Source: Pseudomonadota bacterium
Lineage (GTDB): Bacteria > Pseudomonadota > Alphaproteobacteria > Rhizobiales > Xanthobacteraceae
Direction: 5' to 3'
Length of the DNA stretch: 64,000 nt
Assembly (NCBI GenBank): GCA_040755535.1
Contig: JBFMAV010000012.1
Location: 15,002-79,001 of the forward strand
Shown piece after piece: positions 47,011 to 58,418 of the stretch. Position 1 is the first letter of the stretch. Each line of letters opens with the position of its first letter. Below the pieces are notes generated by a model. It was not told where the DNA came from. It worked only from the letters and a program-made list of their open reading frames with translations, and ran no database searches. A program made the translations under genes and the position numbers.

Positions 47011-47919
47011 GTGAGACACGGCATGTTGCGGCGCGCCTACCGGATCGTGATGGATGCGGTGTGGACTTTCCTCGCCGACGACGGCTGGGCGATCGCGAGC
47101 CATATCGCCCTGTCCATCCTCATGTCCCTGTTCCCCTTCCTGATCTTCGTGACGGCGCTTGCGGCCTTTCTTGATCTGCGCCCGCTCGCCAACGAGACCA
47201 TATTGCTCATTCTCGACACCTGGCCCGACGCGGTCTCCGAGCCCATCGCGCGGGAGATCTACAATGTGGTGAACCATGTCCGCACGGACCTGCTCACCTT
47301 CGGCGTCGCGCTCGCCATCTACTTTTCCTCCAACGGGGTGGAGAGCCTGCGCATCGGGCTCAACCGCGCCTATCAGGTGCGCGAGATGCGGGCCTGGTAT
47401 CGGCTCCGGTTCGAATCCATCATCTATGTGATGATCGGCGCCATGGGCATGCTCGCTCTGTCCTTCCTGGTGGTGCTCGGCCCGCTGTTCTGGAGCATCA
47501 TCATCAAGAATGTGCCGGCGGTGCGCCATCTGAGCCCGGCCGTGACCTTGGTGCGCTATGCCCTGACCTCTCTGGTGCTGATCCTGGGCCTCGTCGTCGC
47601 CCACAAATGGCTGCCGGCCGGGCGGCGCGGCTGGCGCGAGATCGCCCCGGGCATCCTCGTCACGCTTGTCCTGTGGCTGGTCGCAGCAGCGGCATTCGGC
47701 TTCTATCTGTCGGAATTCGCGGCCAATTACGTCAACACCTATGCGGGCCTCGCCTCGGTGATGATCGCGCTGGTGTTCCTTTATCTTACCGCCAGCATTT
47801 TCCTGTTCGGCGGGGAGTTCAACGCGGCCCTGGCCCGGGCGCGCACGCGGCGGGCGGAGGCGCGCACGTTGATCGCGCAGGGCGGGGGAGAGGTGGCGGG
47901 GGAACAAAGCGCGCCGTGA
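47011..47919 (+). CDS. YihY/BrkB family inner-membrane protein
   Basis: 302 aa, polytopic, with a YihY-type layout (FSSNGVESLRIGLNRAY ...). The start is GTG 47011, with ATG 47023 as an alternative. Confidence 0.85.
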   Translation: MRHGMLRRAYRIVMDAVWTFLADDGWAIASHIALSILMSLFPFLIFVTALAAFLDLRPLANETILLILDTWPDAVSEPIAREIYNVVNHVRTDLLTFGVALAIYFSSNGVESLRIGLNRAYQVREMRAWYRLRFESIIYVMIGAMGMLALSFLVVLGPLFWSIIIKNVPAVRHLSPAVTLVRYALTSLVLILGLVVAHKWLPAGRRGWREIAPGILVTLVLWLVAAAAFGFYLSEFAANYVNTYAGLASVMIALVFLYLTASIFLFGGEFNAALARARTRRAEARTLIAQGGGEVAGEQSAP

Positions 47920-48392
47920 GCGTCCCGCCCGTGCTTCCCATCGATGGCCGCCAATCTCCCGGCGCGCTCGCAATCCAGCGCGGCGTGATGCGTCATCTCG
48001 CGGTCTTGGGGCAGACCGGCATTCCGGAATTCTGTCTTGCCTCGGGCCGGCGGGCGGATATCGCCGCCTTGGACGCGAAGGGCGAAATCGCCATCATCGA
48101 GATCAAGTCGTCGGTGGCCGATTTCCGCGCCGACCTGAAATGGCCGGAATACCGCATCTATTGCGACCGGCTCTATTTCGCGGTGGCGCCGGATTTCCCG
48201 CTGGAGATCCTGCCCGACGACACGGGCATCCTGGTGGGCGATGCCTTCGGCGCGGAGACCCTTCGCCCCGCGCCGCTCCATCCTCTGCCCGCCGCGACGC
48301 GCAAGGCGCTGCTGATCCGCCTCGCCCGCGCCGCGAGCGGCCGGCTGGCCCGGCTCTATGACCCGGACCTCACCGGCCTTCCGGACATCTGA
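47916..48392 (+). CDS. mmcB: MmcB family DNA repair protein (PD-(D/E)XK-like)
   Basis: GTG 47916 overlaps the yihY stop (GTGA). Contains RADIAALDAKGEIAIIEIKSSVADFRADLKWPEY. Track ORF 47607..48392 was trimmed. Confidence 0.8.
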   Translation: MSVPPVLPIDGRQSPGALAIQRGVMRHLAVLGQTGIPEFCLASGRRADIAALDAKGEIAIIEIKSSVADFRADLKWPEYRIYCDRLYFAVAPDFPLEILPDDTGILVGDAFGAETLRPAPLHPLPAATRKALLIRLARAASGRLARLYDPDLTGLPDI

Positions 48393-48414
48393 CCGCGCGT
48401 GAGGCCAACCCGTC

Positions 48415-49005
48415 TCAGAGGATCTTCGCACCCTCTTCGAACGGCAGCCGGGGCAGGCGATCGAACAGCTTGGAATGGTCGCCATGGCCGAGCGCGGCGA
48501 TGAAGTTCACCTTCACCTTGCTGCCCGGGAAGAATTCCGACTCAATCTTGCCGGCATCGAAGCCCGACATGGGGCCGACATCCAGGCCCACCGCGCGGGC
48601 GGCGAGAATGAAGTAGCCGCCCTGGATCGCCGAGTTGCGGAACGCGTGGGGCTCCACCATGCCCGGATTGTTCACGAACAGGTCGCGGAAGCCGGGATTG
48701 TGGGGGAAGAGCTGGGGGATCTTGTCGTAGAATTCCAGGTCATAGCCGATGAGCGCGATCACCGGGGCGGCGAGCGCCTTCAGATTGCCTTCCATGAGCG
48801 CCGGGCGGAGGCGCTCCTTGGCCTCGGGCGTGGTGAGGAAGACGATCCGGGCCGGCTGGGTGTTGGCCGAGGTGGGGCCGTAGATCATCAGATCATACAG
48901 CGCGCGCAGCTCCGCCTCGCTCACCGGCTCGGAGGTCCAGCCATTGTGCGAGCGGGCTTTGAAGAACAGCGTGTCGAGGGCGGCGGGATCAACGCGGTAG
49001 GTCAT
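48415..49005 (-). CDS. nitroreductase-family malonic semialdehyde reductase (RutE-like)
   Basis: 196 aa containing FFKARSHNGWTSEPVSEAELRALYDLMIYGPTSANTQPARIVF. Confidence 0.85.
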   Translation of the reverse strand: MTYRVDPAALDTLFFKARSHNGWTSEPVSEAELRALYDLMIYGPTSANTQPARIVFLTTPEAKERLRPALMEGNLKALAAPVIALIGYDLEFYDKIPQLFPHNPGFRDLFVNNPGMVEPHAFRNSAIQGGYFILAARAVGLDVGPMSGFDAGKIESEFFPGSKVKVNFIAALGHGDHSKLFDRLPRLPFEEGAKIL

Positions 49006-49297
49006 GGGATCACCTGTGAAGCTGGCCGTAGAGCGGCCTCCCCCTCCCAGCTAGGCGTTTTACCGATGCAGGGGAAGACGCCCGGCTGCAACCTGTGACT
49101 TGCGCGAATGCAATGACGCAGGGGCGAGCGGACTTTTTCGCGGGCTTGAGCTTATCTTGCCTGCAAGCTTGCAGCCCACCGCCTTGCGCAGAGGCCCGCG
49201 CGTCGCGTTGAGAAATCCGCAGAGGCGTCCCGGCGCGAACCTGTTTATGGTCCGGCACCTCCTCAGAGCACGTTCCGATCTGATCGCATCGCAATCG

Positions 49298-49367
49298 GAT
49301 CGGTAAAACGGTCTCTATCCAAAATTTGGAGACTGATTCACCCGTCGGGTTGAATCACCCTGATGGG
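49298..49367. repeat. copy 2 of the short dispersed repeat (GATTCACC ... TTGAATCACCC) plus an inverted arm
   Basis: 49329-49367 matches 25544-25582 at 32/39. The upstream arm GATCGGTAAAACGGTCTC (49298-49315) is the near reverse complement of the repeat start. Confidence 0.6.
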
Positions 49368-50598
49368 ATCAGGCTCCATGGACCAGCGCCGGATGCCCAT
49401 GCCCGCCACCTCCCCCGCCATTGCCGAAATGATCGATCAGGTCCGCGCCCATGTGCGCGATCTTCCCGAAAGCGGCATCGTGGAGGTGATGAATTACGGG
49501 CGGCGGCGCGAGGGCACCATCCCGCTCTGGGCGGGGGAAGGCGATGTGCCCACCCCGGCTTTCATTTGCGAGGCCGCCGCGCGCTCCCTCCATGCGGGGG
49601 AGACCTTCTATACTTGGCAGCGCGGCCTGCCGGACCTGCGCGCTGCGCTCGCCCGCTATCATGCGCGGCTCTATTGCATGGCCGAAGACCCGGAACGCTT
49701 CTTCGTGACCGGCTCGGGCATGCAGGCGATTCAGACCGCCTTCGCCATGACGCTGGGACCGGGCGAAGAAATTCTCATCCCCGCCCCGGTCTGGCCCAAT
49801 GCGCCCGCCGCCGCCCAGAAGATCGGCGCCGTGCCGGTCTATATTCCTTTCGCTTACGGGGATGACGGCTTCACCTTGGACCATGCGCGCTTCGAGGCGG
49901 CGATCACGCCCCGCACCCGCGCCATTTTCCTCAACACCCCGGCGAATCCCACCGGCTTCGTCGCGAGCCTCGACGACTTACGCCAAATGCTCGCCCTCGC
50001 CCGCAAGCACGGGCTGTGGATCGTGGCGGACGAGATATACGGCCAGTTCCATTATGCAGGCGGCCGCGCGCCGTCCTTCCACGACGTGATGGAGCCGGAC
50101 GACCGCATCCTGTTCGTCCAGACCTTCTCCAAGAATTGGGCGATGACAGGCTGGCGCATCGGCTGGATCGAGGCGCATCCGGCGCTGGGCCAGATCATCG
50201 AGAATATCATCCAATATTCCACCTCGGGGGTCGCCGCCTTCATGCAGCGCGGCGCCATTGCGGCCCTCGACGAGGGCGATGGATTCGTGGCCGAGCAGGT
50301 GGCGCGCGCGCGAGCGGGGCGCGACCTCGTGGGCGATGCGCTGCTCGCCACCGGGCGGGTGCGGCTCGCCAAGCCGCCGGGGGCCTTCTACCTGTTCTTC
50401 GGCATTGACGGCGAGGCGGATGTGCGTCGGCTCGGCCTGAAGCTCGTGGATGAAGCGGGGGTCGGTCTCGCGCCGGGCACGGCCTTCGGGCCGGGCGGCG
50501 AGGGCTTCATGCGCCTGTGCTTCGCGCGCGGGGAAGGCCAGCTGGCCGAAGCCGCGCGGCGGCTCGCCCGCTGGATTTCCGCGCGTCCCGCCGCCTGA
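49363..50598 (+). CDS. class I/II pyridoxal-phosphate-dependent aminotransferase
   Basis: Contains NTPANPTG and the Lys motif FSKNWAMTGWRIGW. ATG 49378 is an alternative start, and I favour it if the repeat at 49329-49367 is non-coding. Confidence 0.88.
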   Translation: MGSGSMDQRRMPMPATSPAIAEMIDQVRAHVRDLPESGIVEVMNYGRRREGTIPLWAGEGDVPTPAFICEAAARSLHAGETFYTWQRGLPDLRAALARYHARLYCMAEDPERFFVTGSGMQAIQTAFAMTLGPGEEILIPAPVWPNAPAAAQKIGAVPVYIPFAYGDDGFTLDHARFEAAITPRTRAIFLNTPANPTGFVASLDDLRQMLALARKHGLWIVADEIYGQFHYAGGRAPSFHDVMEPDDRILFVQTFSKNWAMTGWRIGWIEAHPALGQIIENIIQYSTSGVAAFMQRGAIAALDEGDGFVAEQVARARAGRDLVGDALLATGRVRLAKPPGAFYLFFGIDGEADVRRLGLKLVDEAGVGLAPGTAFGPGGEGFMRLCFARGEGQLAEAARRLARWISARPAA

Positions 50599-50612
50599 CC
50601 GCAGCGCCCGCC

Positions 50613-51704
50613 ATGCCCCGCCGTTTTCCCTTCGCGCTGGTGCGCGCCGGCCTGAAGCCGACGCTCCTGACCCTGGCCTGCGCCACGGCGGGCGCGGTCC
50701 TCTTTGCCCTGCTGGGACTGCCCGCGCCCTGGATGTCGGGGGCACTGGTGGCGGTCACCATCCAGGTTCTCGGCGGCGCGCCCGCAAAGCTGCCCGAGCC
50801 GCTGCGCTTTGCCTGTTTCCTGGTGCTCGGCGCCTCCATGGGCGCGGCGCTGACGCCGGACATGATCCGCCAGGCGGCAACCTGGCCCATCAGCATGGGC
50901 CTGCTCGGCCTCTCCGTGGTGGGCGTGATGGTCAGCGTGACGCTGTTCCTGCGCAAGGTGGCGGGCTGGTCGCTGGCGACCGCCTACTACGCATCTGCGC
51001 CGGGCGCCCTCTCCGCTGTCCTTGCCATGGCGGCGGCGAGCGAGGCGGACATGCGCCGCGTCGCCTTCGCCCAGGCCCTGCGGCTGTTCCTGCTGGTGGC
51101 GCTGCTGACCCAGATTCTCGGCCGCCTGAAGACCGGTGACCTTGCGCCCCTGCCGTCCGAGGGCGCCGGGCCGCTGGGCGCGGCGCCGCTCCTCGATGTG
51201 GCGATCCTGCTGGCGGCGAGCCTGGTGGGCGGGCTGCTCGCGGCGCGGGCGCGCATACCGGGGGGCATTCTCATCGGGGCGCTGGCGGCGAGTGGACTGC
51301 TCCATGCCTTCGGCTGGTCGCGCGCCGGCTTGCCCGACATGCTGATGGTGCCGGCCTTCGTCATTCTGGGGGCGGGCGTCGGCATCCGTTTTCGCGGCAC
51401 GACGCTCGACACGCTCAAAGCGTGCCTGTTGGCCTCGCTCGGCGCTTTCCTGGTGGCCATGGTGGTATCCGTGGCGTGCGCGCTGGCGGCGGCGGCGATC
51501 ACGGGCGAGGACGCGGGCAAGATGATCACGGCCTTCGCGCCGGGCGCCCTGGAAACCATGACCGTACTCGGCTTCGCCCTCGGCTATGACCCCGCCTTCA
51601 TGAGCGCGCATCACATCTTCCGCTTTGCCGGCCTTTCCATTCTGCTGCCGCTGATCGCCCATCTCCTGTTTCAGGCGCGCCCCAGCGACCCGCCCGCCGA
51701 GTGA
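50613..51704 (+). CDS. AbrB-duplication membrane protein ('putative ammonia monooxygenase' family)
   Basis: 363 aa from ATG 50613, polytopic, with two homologous halves. Track ORF 50517..51704 was trimmed. Confidence 0.78.
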   Translation: MPRRFPFALVRAGLKPTLLTLACATAGAVLFALLGLPAPWMSGALVAVTIQVLGGAPAKLPEPLRFACFLVLGASMGAALTPDMIRQAATWPISMGLLGLSVVGVMVSVTLFLRKVAGWSLATAYYASAPGALSAVLAMAAASEADMRRVAFAQALRLFLLVALLTQILGRLKTGDLAPLPSEGAGPLGAAPLLDVAILLAASLVGGLLAARARIPGGILIGALAASGLLHAFGWSRAGLPDMLMVPAFVILGAGVGIRFRGTTLDTLKACLLASLGAFLVAMVVSVACALAAAAITGEDAGKMITAFAPGALETMTVLGFALGYDPAFMSAHHIFRFAGLSILLPLIAHLLFQARPSDPPAE

Positions 51705-51798
51705 TCACGCGGTTTTGTTGCGGCGCAGCATTGTCCGGTGCGCTTGGCGGACGCAGAAGGCGCTGCTTCCCTTTCGGCTTTTGCCACGGAGATTTTTG

Positions 51799-52203
51799 AT
51801 GACCTTCCTCGACAATCTGGCCCTCCTCGTAGGGCGCATCCTGTTCGCCGCCCTGCTCATTCCCTCGGGCGTGCGCAAGCTGATGGACCTCTCCGCCACC
51901 GCCGCCTATATGACCCGCATGGGAGTGCCCGCGCCGGACGTGATGGCGCTCATCGCCGGCGGCGCCGAAGTGCTGCTGCCGGTGCTGCTGATCCTCGGCG
52001 TGGTGCCGCGCATCACGGCCATCCTGACCGGCGGTTTCATCCTGGTGGCGACGCTGACCGCCCACCGTTTCTGGGAATTCACCGATCCCGCCGCCGCCAT
52101 GATGCAGCAGATCCAGTTCCTGAAGAATCTCGCCCTGATGGGCGGGTCCATGTTCTATTTCGTGGCCGGCGCGGGCGCCTATGCGCTCGGAGCACGCAAA
52201 TAG
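51799..52203 (+). CDS. DoxX family membrane protein
   Basis: 134 aa from ATG 51799: LVGRILFAALLIPSGVRKL ... HRFWEF ... FLKNLALMGG. Confidence 0.82.
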   Translation: MTFLDNLALLVGRILFAALLIPSGVRKLMDLSATAAYMTRMGVPAPDVMALIAGGAEVLLPVLLILGVVPRITAILTGGFILVATLTAHRFWEFTDPAAAMMQQIQFLKNLALMGGSMFYFVAGAGAYALGARK

Positions 52204-52206
52204 GGC

Positions 52207-52989
52207 TCAGGACGCCCCATAGCGGTGGAGGCCGGCGCCGTTCGTGCGCAGCCAGGCCTCCGCCGCCCGCCGGCCAGGGAAGATGCGCTCCACGTTGCGC
52301 CAGTAGCGCGGGCCGTGATTCATCTCCAGCCGGTGGGCCACCTCATGGGCGGCGAGATAATCCAGCACGAAGGGCGGCGCGAGGATCAGCCGCCAGGAGA
52401 AGGACAAGGCGCCGTCCGCCGCGCAGGAGCCCCAGCGGCTCGACGTGTCGCGCAAGGTGATCGGCCCGACCTCCACCGCCAGAGCCGTGGCGTGCCGGCG
52501 CACCGCCTCCGCAAGGTCCGCGCGGGCCTGCCGTTTCAAAAAATCGCGCACCCGCCGGGCGAGATGCGGTGCGTCTCCGGCCACGCAGATCAGACCCGCC
52601 CCCGCTTCGTTCCGCTCCAGCCAGCAGGTGCCGCGCGCGCCGGGCCGGTGCACGATGCGATGCGGCTCGCCGCGCAGCGGCACCACCGCCCCATCCGCGA
52701 ACGGGACGTTGTCCGGGAGCCGCACGAGGCGCGCCTCCACCCAGGCGCGATGGCGCTGAACGAAGGATTCGGCTGTGGCAAGGGGCACGGAGAGCGGGGC
52801 CGTGAGGGTGACGTCCCGCGTCGCCGCGCGCACCCGCAGCGTCAGGCGCCGCGCGGAGGGATGGCGGCGCACCGCAACGCGCACGACATCGCCGCCGCAC
52901 TCCGCGCCGAGCGCGAGATCAATGCTTTCCTGCGCACGCGGCTGGGGCGCCCTGACCTGCCTGCGAAACAGCATGCAATCCATCGCCAA
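52207..52989 (-). CDS. M48/YgjP-like metal-dependent hydrolase (DUF45)
   Basis: Has the C-terminal zinc motif AAHEVAHRLEMNHGPRYW. The start is uncertain. Confidence 0.82.
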   Translation of the reverse strand: MAMDCMLFRRQVRAPQPRAQESIDLALGAECGGDVVRVAVRRHPSARRLTLRVRAATRDVTLTAPLSVPLATAESFVQRHRAWVEARLVRLPDNVPFADGAVVPLRGEPHRIVHRPGARGTCWLERNEAGAGLICVAGDAPHLARRVRDFLKRQARADLAEAVRRHATALAVEVGPITLRDTSSRWGSCAADGALSFSWRLILAPPFVLDYLAAHEVAHRLEMNHGPRYWRNVERIFPGRRAAEAWLRTNGAGLHRYGAS

Positions 52990-53118
52990 CTCGTTCGCCC
53001 ATGCGGGGTTCGGCCGCTCCGGCGCCGGAGCGCCTTAGGAGAATCACCGAGTGTTCGACTGTAGGACGGAGTGGGACGAAAAGGGAACACCCGATCACGT
53101 GAGCAATCGGGGATACCC

Positions 53119-54492
53119 TCAGCTGGTGACGAGGTGGGGCCGCAGGGCCGTGACGCCGGTGGTGCCATCCGCGCGGCGCGGGAGTTCCTGGGAGAGGATG
53201 AAGTCGGAAATGCGCGGCGCGATCTCGGCCCGGAAGCGCGAGCCGTTGAACACGCCGTAATGGCCGACCCCCGGCTGGAGCCAATGGGCGCGCTTCTCGT
53301 CCGGGATGGCGGGGCACAGGCGATGGGCGGCATAGGTCTGGCCGACGCCGGAAATGTCGTCCTTCTCGCCTTCCACCGTCATCAGCGCCACATTGCGGAT
53401 GGCGTCCATGCGGACGCTTTCGCCGCGATGGGTCATCTCGCCCTTGGGCAGCGCATGGGTGATGAACACGCTTTCCACCGTCTCCAGATAGAAGCGGGCG
53501 TCCAGGTCCATGACCGCGAGATATTCGTCGTAGAATTCCCGGTGCTTCTCCGCCGAATCCCCGTCGCCCTGGATCAGGTGGCGGAACAGGTCCGCATGGG
53601 CGATGAGATGGCGGTCCAGATTCATGCTCATGAAGCCGTTGAGCTGCAGGAAGCCGGGATAGACCTGCCGCATGGCGCCCGGATGGGGCCAGGGCACCTG
53701 GGTGATCACGTTGCGCCGGAAGAAGTCGATGCCCCGTTCCTTGGCGAGTTCATTGACGCCGGTGGGGGATTCGCGGGTATCCACGGGGCCGCCCATGAGG
53801 ATCATGGAGCGCGGGGCGGAGGGATCGCCCATCTGCTCCATGCGCGCCACCGCCATGCTCACCGGCACGGCCGGCTGGCAGACCGCCAGCACGTGGCAGT
53901 CCCCGCCCATGCTGCGGAAGATGGCGATCAGATAATCCACATAATCATCGAGGCCGAACGACCCGGCCGCCGCGGGGACCATTTTCGCGTCGGTCCAGTC
54001 GGTGATGTAGATGTCATGGGTCGGCAGGAAGGCTTCCACCGTGCCGCGCAGCAAGGTGGCGTAATGGCCCGACATGGGCGCCACGATGACGAGGCGCGGC
54101 TGGGGCCGGCGCGGGGGATGCTCGAAGGCGCGCTCGAAATGCAGCAGGCGGCAGAAGGGCCGCTCCCACACCGTGTTGATATGGACCGGGACTCGGACGC
54201 CCCCCACCAGCACATTGGGAATGCGCCAGTCGGGCTTGGCATAGCGGCGGGTGGCGCGCTCATACAGTTCGAAGCCGGCCGCCATGGATTTCCCCATGGT
54301 GGTGTGCGCCGCCGGGTTCAGCGGATAGCGCAGCATCAGGCGGCTCATGTCGGCGAGCGTGCGCGAGGGATTGAGGGCCGCGTGGGCCATCTCGTACATC
54401 CAGTAGAGCGGAGCGGATAGATTGGTGCCCGCCAGTGCTGGCTGGCGCACCGCCCCGCCAAATTCCCCGATGGCCATCGCGCGTTGCCTCAT
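53119..54492 (-). CDS. phaZ: intracellular polyhydroxyalkanoate depolymerase
   Basis: PhaZ family blocks YWMYEMAHAALNPSR and VAPMSGHYATLLRGTVE, plus a lipase-box-like region. The start is ATG 54492 or 54477. The N-terminal 104 codons of the track ORF were rejected. Confidence 0.88.
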   Translation of the reverse strand: MRQRAMAIGEFGGAVRQPALAGTNLSAPLYWMYEMAHAALNPSRTLADMSRLMLRYPLNPAAHTTMGKSMAAGFELYERATRRYAKPDWRIPNVLVGGVRVPVHINTVWERPFCRLLHFERAFEHPPRRPQPRLVIVAPMSGHYATLLRGTVEAFLPTHDIYITDWTDAKMVPAAAGSFGLDDYVDYLIAIFRSMGGDCHVLAVCQPAVPVSMAVARMEQMGDPSAPRSMILMGGPVDTRESPTGVNELAKERGIDFFRRNVITQVPWPHPGAMRQVYPGFLQLNGFMSMNLDRHLIAHADLFRHLIQGDGDSAEKHREFYDEYLAVMDLDARFYLETVESVFITHALPKGEMTHRGESVRMDAIRNVALMTVEGEKDDISGVGQTYAAHRLCPAIPDEKRAHWLQPGVGHYGVFNGSRFRAEIAPRISDFILSQELPRRADGTTGVTALRPHLVTS

Positions 54493-54737
54493 GCTTCTTT
54501 TGCCAGGACAGTGTCGTGAAAGCGTCAAGCGGTCAATCGCGCCTCTAAGTTGTTGGGTTCGGATTGACAGTCGTGCACAGTTAAACCTCTGTCGGTGTCT
54601 CGAACACCGGCGCGAAGCTGGCGCCGTGCCGCGCGATCGATTTTCGCAAAAGCGGTGACGAAAGAAGGGTTTCCAATGAAAAGACGCTCCAGCTTTCTTA
54701 AGGTTCCGTTTCGGATGCTTTTGGCGGTGGGCTGGGC

Positions 54738-56051
54738 ATGAAGTCGCCGCCGGTGTTTGCCGCCTTGCCGCCGGGGCGGACCCTCGGGCTGCGGCTCGAC
54801 ACATTGATTCGGTTGCGCTGGCTGGCGGTGGTGGGCCAGGGCGTGGCGCTGCTGGTGGTCCAGCTCATCCTCGGCTTTCCGCTGCCTCTGCTGCCCTGCC
54901 TGGTCGCGGTGGGCCTGTCCGTGGTGCTCAATCTGCTGCTGCGGGTGCGCTATCCCGTGGCGCACCGGCTCGGCGATATCGCGGCCGGGCCGCTGCTCGC
55001 CTATGACGTGCTCCAGCTCACCGCTTTGCTCTATTTCACCGGCGGGCTCAGCAATCCGTTCGCGCTGCTCTATCTCGCCCCGGTCATGCTCTCCGCGACC
55101 ACCTTGTCCTGGACCACCACGGTCACGCTCGGCCTGTTTGCCGCCCTGTGCGCCGGCGCGGTGGGCCTCTGGCACTGGCCCCTGCCCTGGGCGGGGCCGG
55201 ATGTTCCGGTCCTGCCCGATCTGTTCCTCGCGGGAACCTGGGTGGCCATTTCCGTGTCGATCGGCTTCATTGGCCTGCACTCCTGGCGGGTGGCGGAGGA
55301 GGCGCGCGAGCTTGCCGACGCCCTCGCCGCCACCGAACTGGTTCTGGCCCGCGAGCAGCACCTTTCGCAGCTCGACGGCCTTGCCGCCGCCGCCGCGCAC
55401 GAACTCGGCACCCCGCTCGCCACCATCGCCCTTGTGGTGAAGGAGATGGAACGCTCCCTTACGCCCGACAGCTCCCATGCCGAGGACATCGCGCTGCTGC
55501 GCGACCAGGTGAAACGCTGTCGCGACATTCTCCAGACCCTGACTTCGCTCGGCTCGGGCGATGCCCCCTTCGACCGCATGCCGCTCTCCCATCTGCTGGA
55601 GGAGGTGGTGGAGCCGCACCGCGATTTCGGCATCACCATTGTGGTCGCGCTGCCCGCCGACCGGGCCGAGGAGCCGGTGCTCGCCCGCAATCCAGGGCTG
55701 ATCTACGGCCTCGGCAATCTGGTGGAGAATGCCGTGGACTTCGCGAGCGGGCGGGTGGAGGTGGAGGCCCGCTGGACCACAACCCGCATGGAGATCGTGG
55801 TGCGCGACGACGGTCCCGGCTTCGCGCCCGAGGTGAGCGACCGGATCGGCCAGCCCTATGTGACGAGCCGGGGCCGCGACCGCCAGGACACGGCGGAAGA
55901 GGAAAGCGGGCTCGGGCTCGGCTTCTTCATCGCCAAGACGCTGCTGGAACGCTCCGGCGCCACCCTGTGGGTGGAGAACCGCGCCGCGCCGGAGCGGGGG
56001 GCGGAGGTCAAGATTTCCTGGATGCGCGATGCGCTGGAGATCGGCGCCTGA
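54738..56051 (+). CDS. regB: redox-responsive sensor histidine kinase (RegB/PrrB/ActS family)
   Basis: Six N-terminal TM helices, H-box AAAAAHELGTPLATI and an HATPase domain. It is followed by the cognate regA. Confidence 0.9.
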   Translation: MKSPPVFAALPPGRTLGLRLDTLIRLRWLAVVGQGVALLVVQLILGFPLPLLPCLVAVGLSVVLNLLLRVRYPVAHRLGDIAAGPLLAYDVLQLTALLYFTGGLSNPFALLYLAPVMLSATTLSWTTTVTLGLFAALCAGAVGLWHWPLPWAGPDVPVLPDLFLAGTWVAISVSIGFIGLHSWRVAEEARELADALAATELVLAREQHLSQLDGLAAAAAHELGTPLATIALVVKEMERSLTPDSSHAEDIALLRDQVKRCRDILQTLTSLGSGDAPFDRMPLSHLLEEVVEPHRDFGITIVVALPADRAEEPVLARNPGLIYGLGNLVENAVDFASGRVEVEARWTTTRMEIVVRDDGPGFAPEVSDRIGQPYVTSRGRDRQDTAEEESGLGLGFFIAKTLLERSGATLWVENRAAPERGAEVKISWMRDALEIGA

Positions 56052-56151
56052 ATCTGCGACAAATCGTCCCCTGTTGACCCCAGAGGGAGTCAAAGGGGCG
56101 TAAAAGCCGCCAAAAGGTCGCGTGCCGAGAATGCGTTGAGGAAAGTCCCTG

Positions 56152-56706
56152 ATGTCCGAGCCCAGTCTGCCTGAAGCCGAGAGCGAGCGGTCCGTATTGC
56201 TCGTCGATGACGACCGCTCCTTCCTGCAGCGCCTTGCGCGCGCGCTGGAGGCGCGGGGTTTTTCCGTGTTCACGGCCGAATCCGTCGCCGAGGGGCTCGC
56301 GCAGGTGGAGACCAATCCGCCCGCCTTCGCGGTGGTGGACATGCGGCTTGGCGACGGCACCGGCCTTGATGTCATTTCCGCCCTGAAGCGCCATCGGGCC
56401 GGGGCGCGGGCCGTGGTGCTTACCGGCTATGGCAACATTGCCACCGCTGTAACGGCCGTGAAGCTCGGAGCTGTGGATTATCTGGCCAAGCCCGCCGATG
56501 CCGACGACGTCGTGGCGGCGCTGATGGCAAGCGGCGACCACAAACCCTCCCCGCCGGAAAACCCCATGTCCGCCGACCGGGTGCGGTGGGAGCATATCCA
56601 GCGGATCTATGAATTGTGCGGCCGCAACGTGTCGGAGACGGCGCGGCGGCTGTCCATGCACCGCCGCACCCTCCAGCGCATCCTCGCCAAGCGCGCCCCG
56701 CGCTGA
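56152..56706 (+). CDS. regA: response regulator RegA/PrrA/ActR
   Basis: REC domain (LLVDDD, VVDMRLGDG, VLTGYG, YLAKP) plus the near-invariant Fis-type HTH NVSETARRLSMHRRTLQRILAKR. Confidence 0.93.
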   Translation: MSEPSLPEAESERSVLLVDDDRSFLQRLARALEARGFSVFTAESVAEGLAQVETNPPAFAVVDMRLGDGTGLDVISALKRHRAGARAVVLTGYGNIATAVTAVKLGAVDYLAKPADADDVVAALMASGDHKPSPPENPMSADRVRWEHIQRIYELCGRNVSETARRLSMHRRTLQRILAKRAPR

Positions 56707-57004
56707 GCGGGGCCGCCCGCGCGCCCGTCCCTCCCATGGCGCGTGGCCCGCGTCCGATTCGTGAAATGCGTGTCCCGGCGCGCGCGGGGGCTTGCGCGAG
56801 TTGCCGCGACTCCGCTAATGTCATTGTGCTTTCCCCAACGCAGGCGATACGCGCTTCGCTTCTCCGGTCACGTCAGGGACTCGGGTCGGCGCGTGAGGCG
56901 GAGCCAGACCTCCCGGCTTTCCTGAAGACCTGCGGCTCCCCCAGCGCAGCAACCGGCTTCCTTCGGAGGCCGCACAATCATTCAAGCTTTTGAGGCTTTC
57001 CCCA

Positions 57005-58270
<1,266 letters not shown>

Positions 58271-58324
58271 ATCTCCGCCTGAGCCGGGCGGCGCGCTCCG
58301 CGCGCCGTCGCCTTCGGGCCTGCG

Positions 58325-58366
58325 GGCGCCGCCTTTCGGGGCGGCGCCTTTTCTTTTGTCTTTTTT
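58325..58366 (+). terminator. intrinsic terminator downstream of rho
   Basis: GGCGCCGCC (58325-58333) and GGCGGCGCC (58340-58348) form a perfect 9-bp stem with a 6-nt loop. The T-rich run TTTTCTTTTGTCTTTTTT follows directly. Confidence 0.85.
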
Positions 58367-58418
58367 AGCTCACAAAGTTAAGCAATGTGGCGCGGGATGT
58401 ATTTCGGGGTGTAAAGCC

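Noticed and set aside
49349-49366. TTGAATCACCCTGA considered as an FNR/FixK-type box (TTGAT-N4-ATCAA)
   Set aside because: The right half-site does not match ATCAA. The same sequence is part of the dispersed repeat seen at 25565-25580.
54525-56375. 616-aa minus-strand ORF antisense to regB/regA
   Set aside because: Shadow ORF opposite a histidine kinase with an H-box and a RegA with its invariant HTH.
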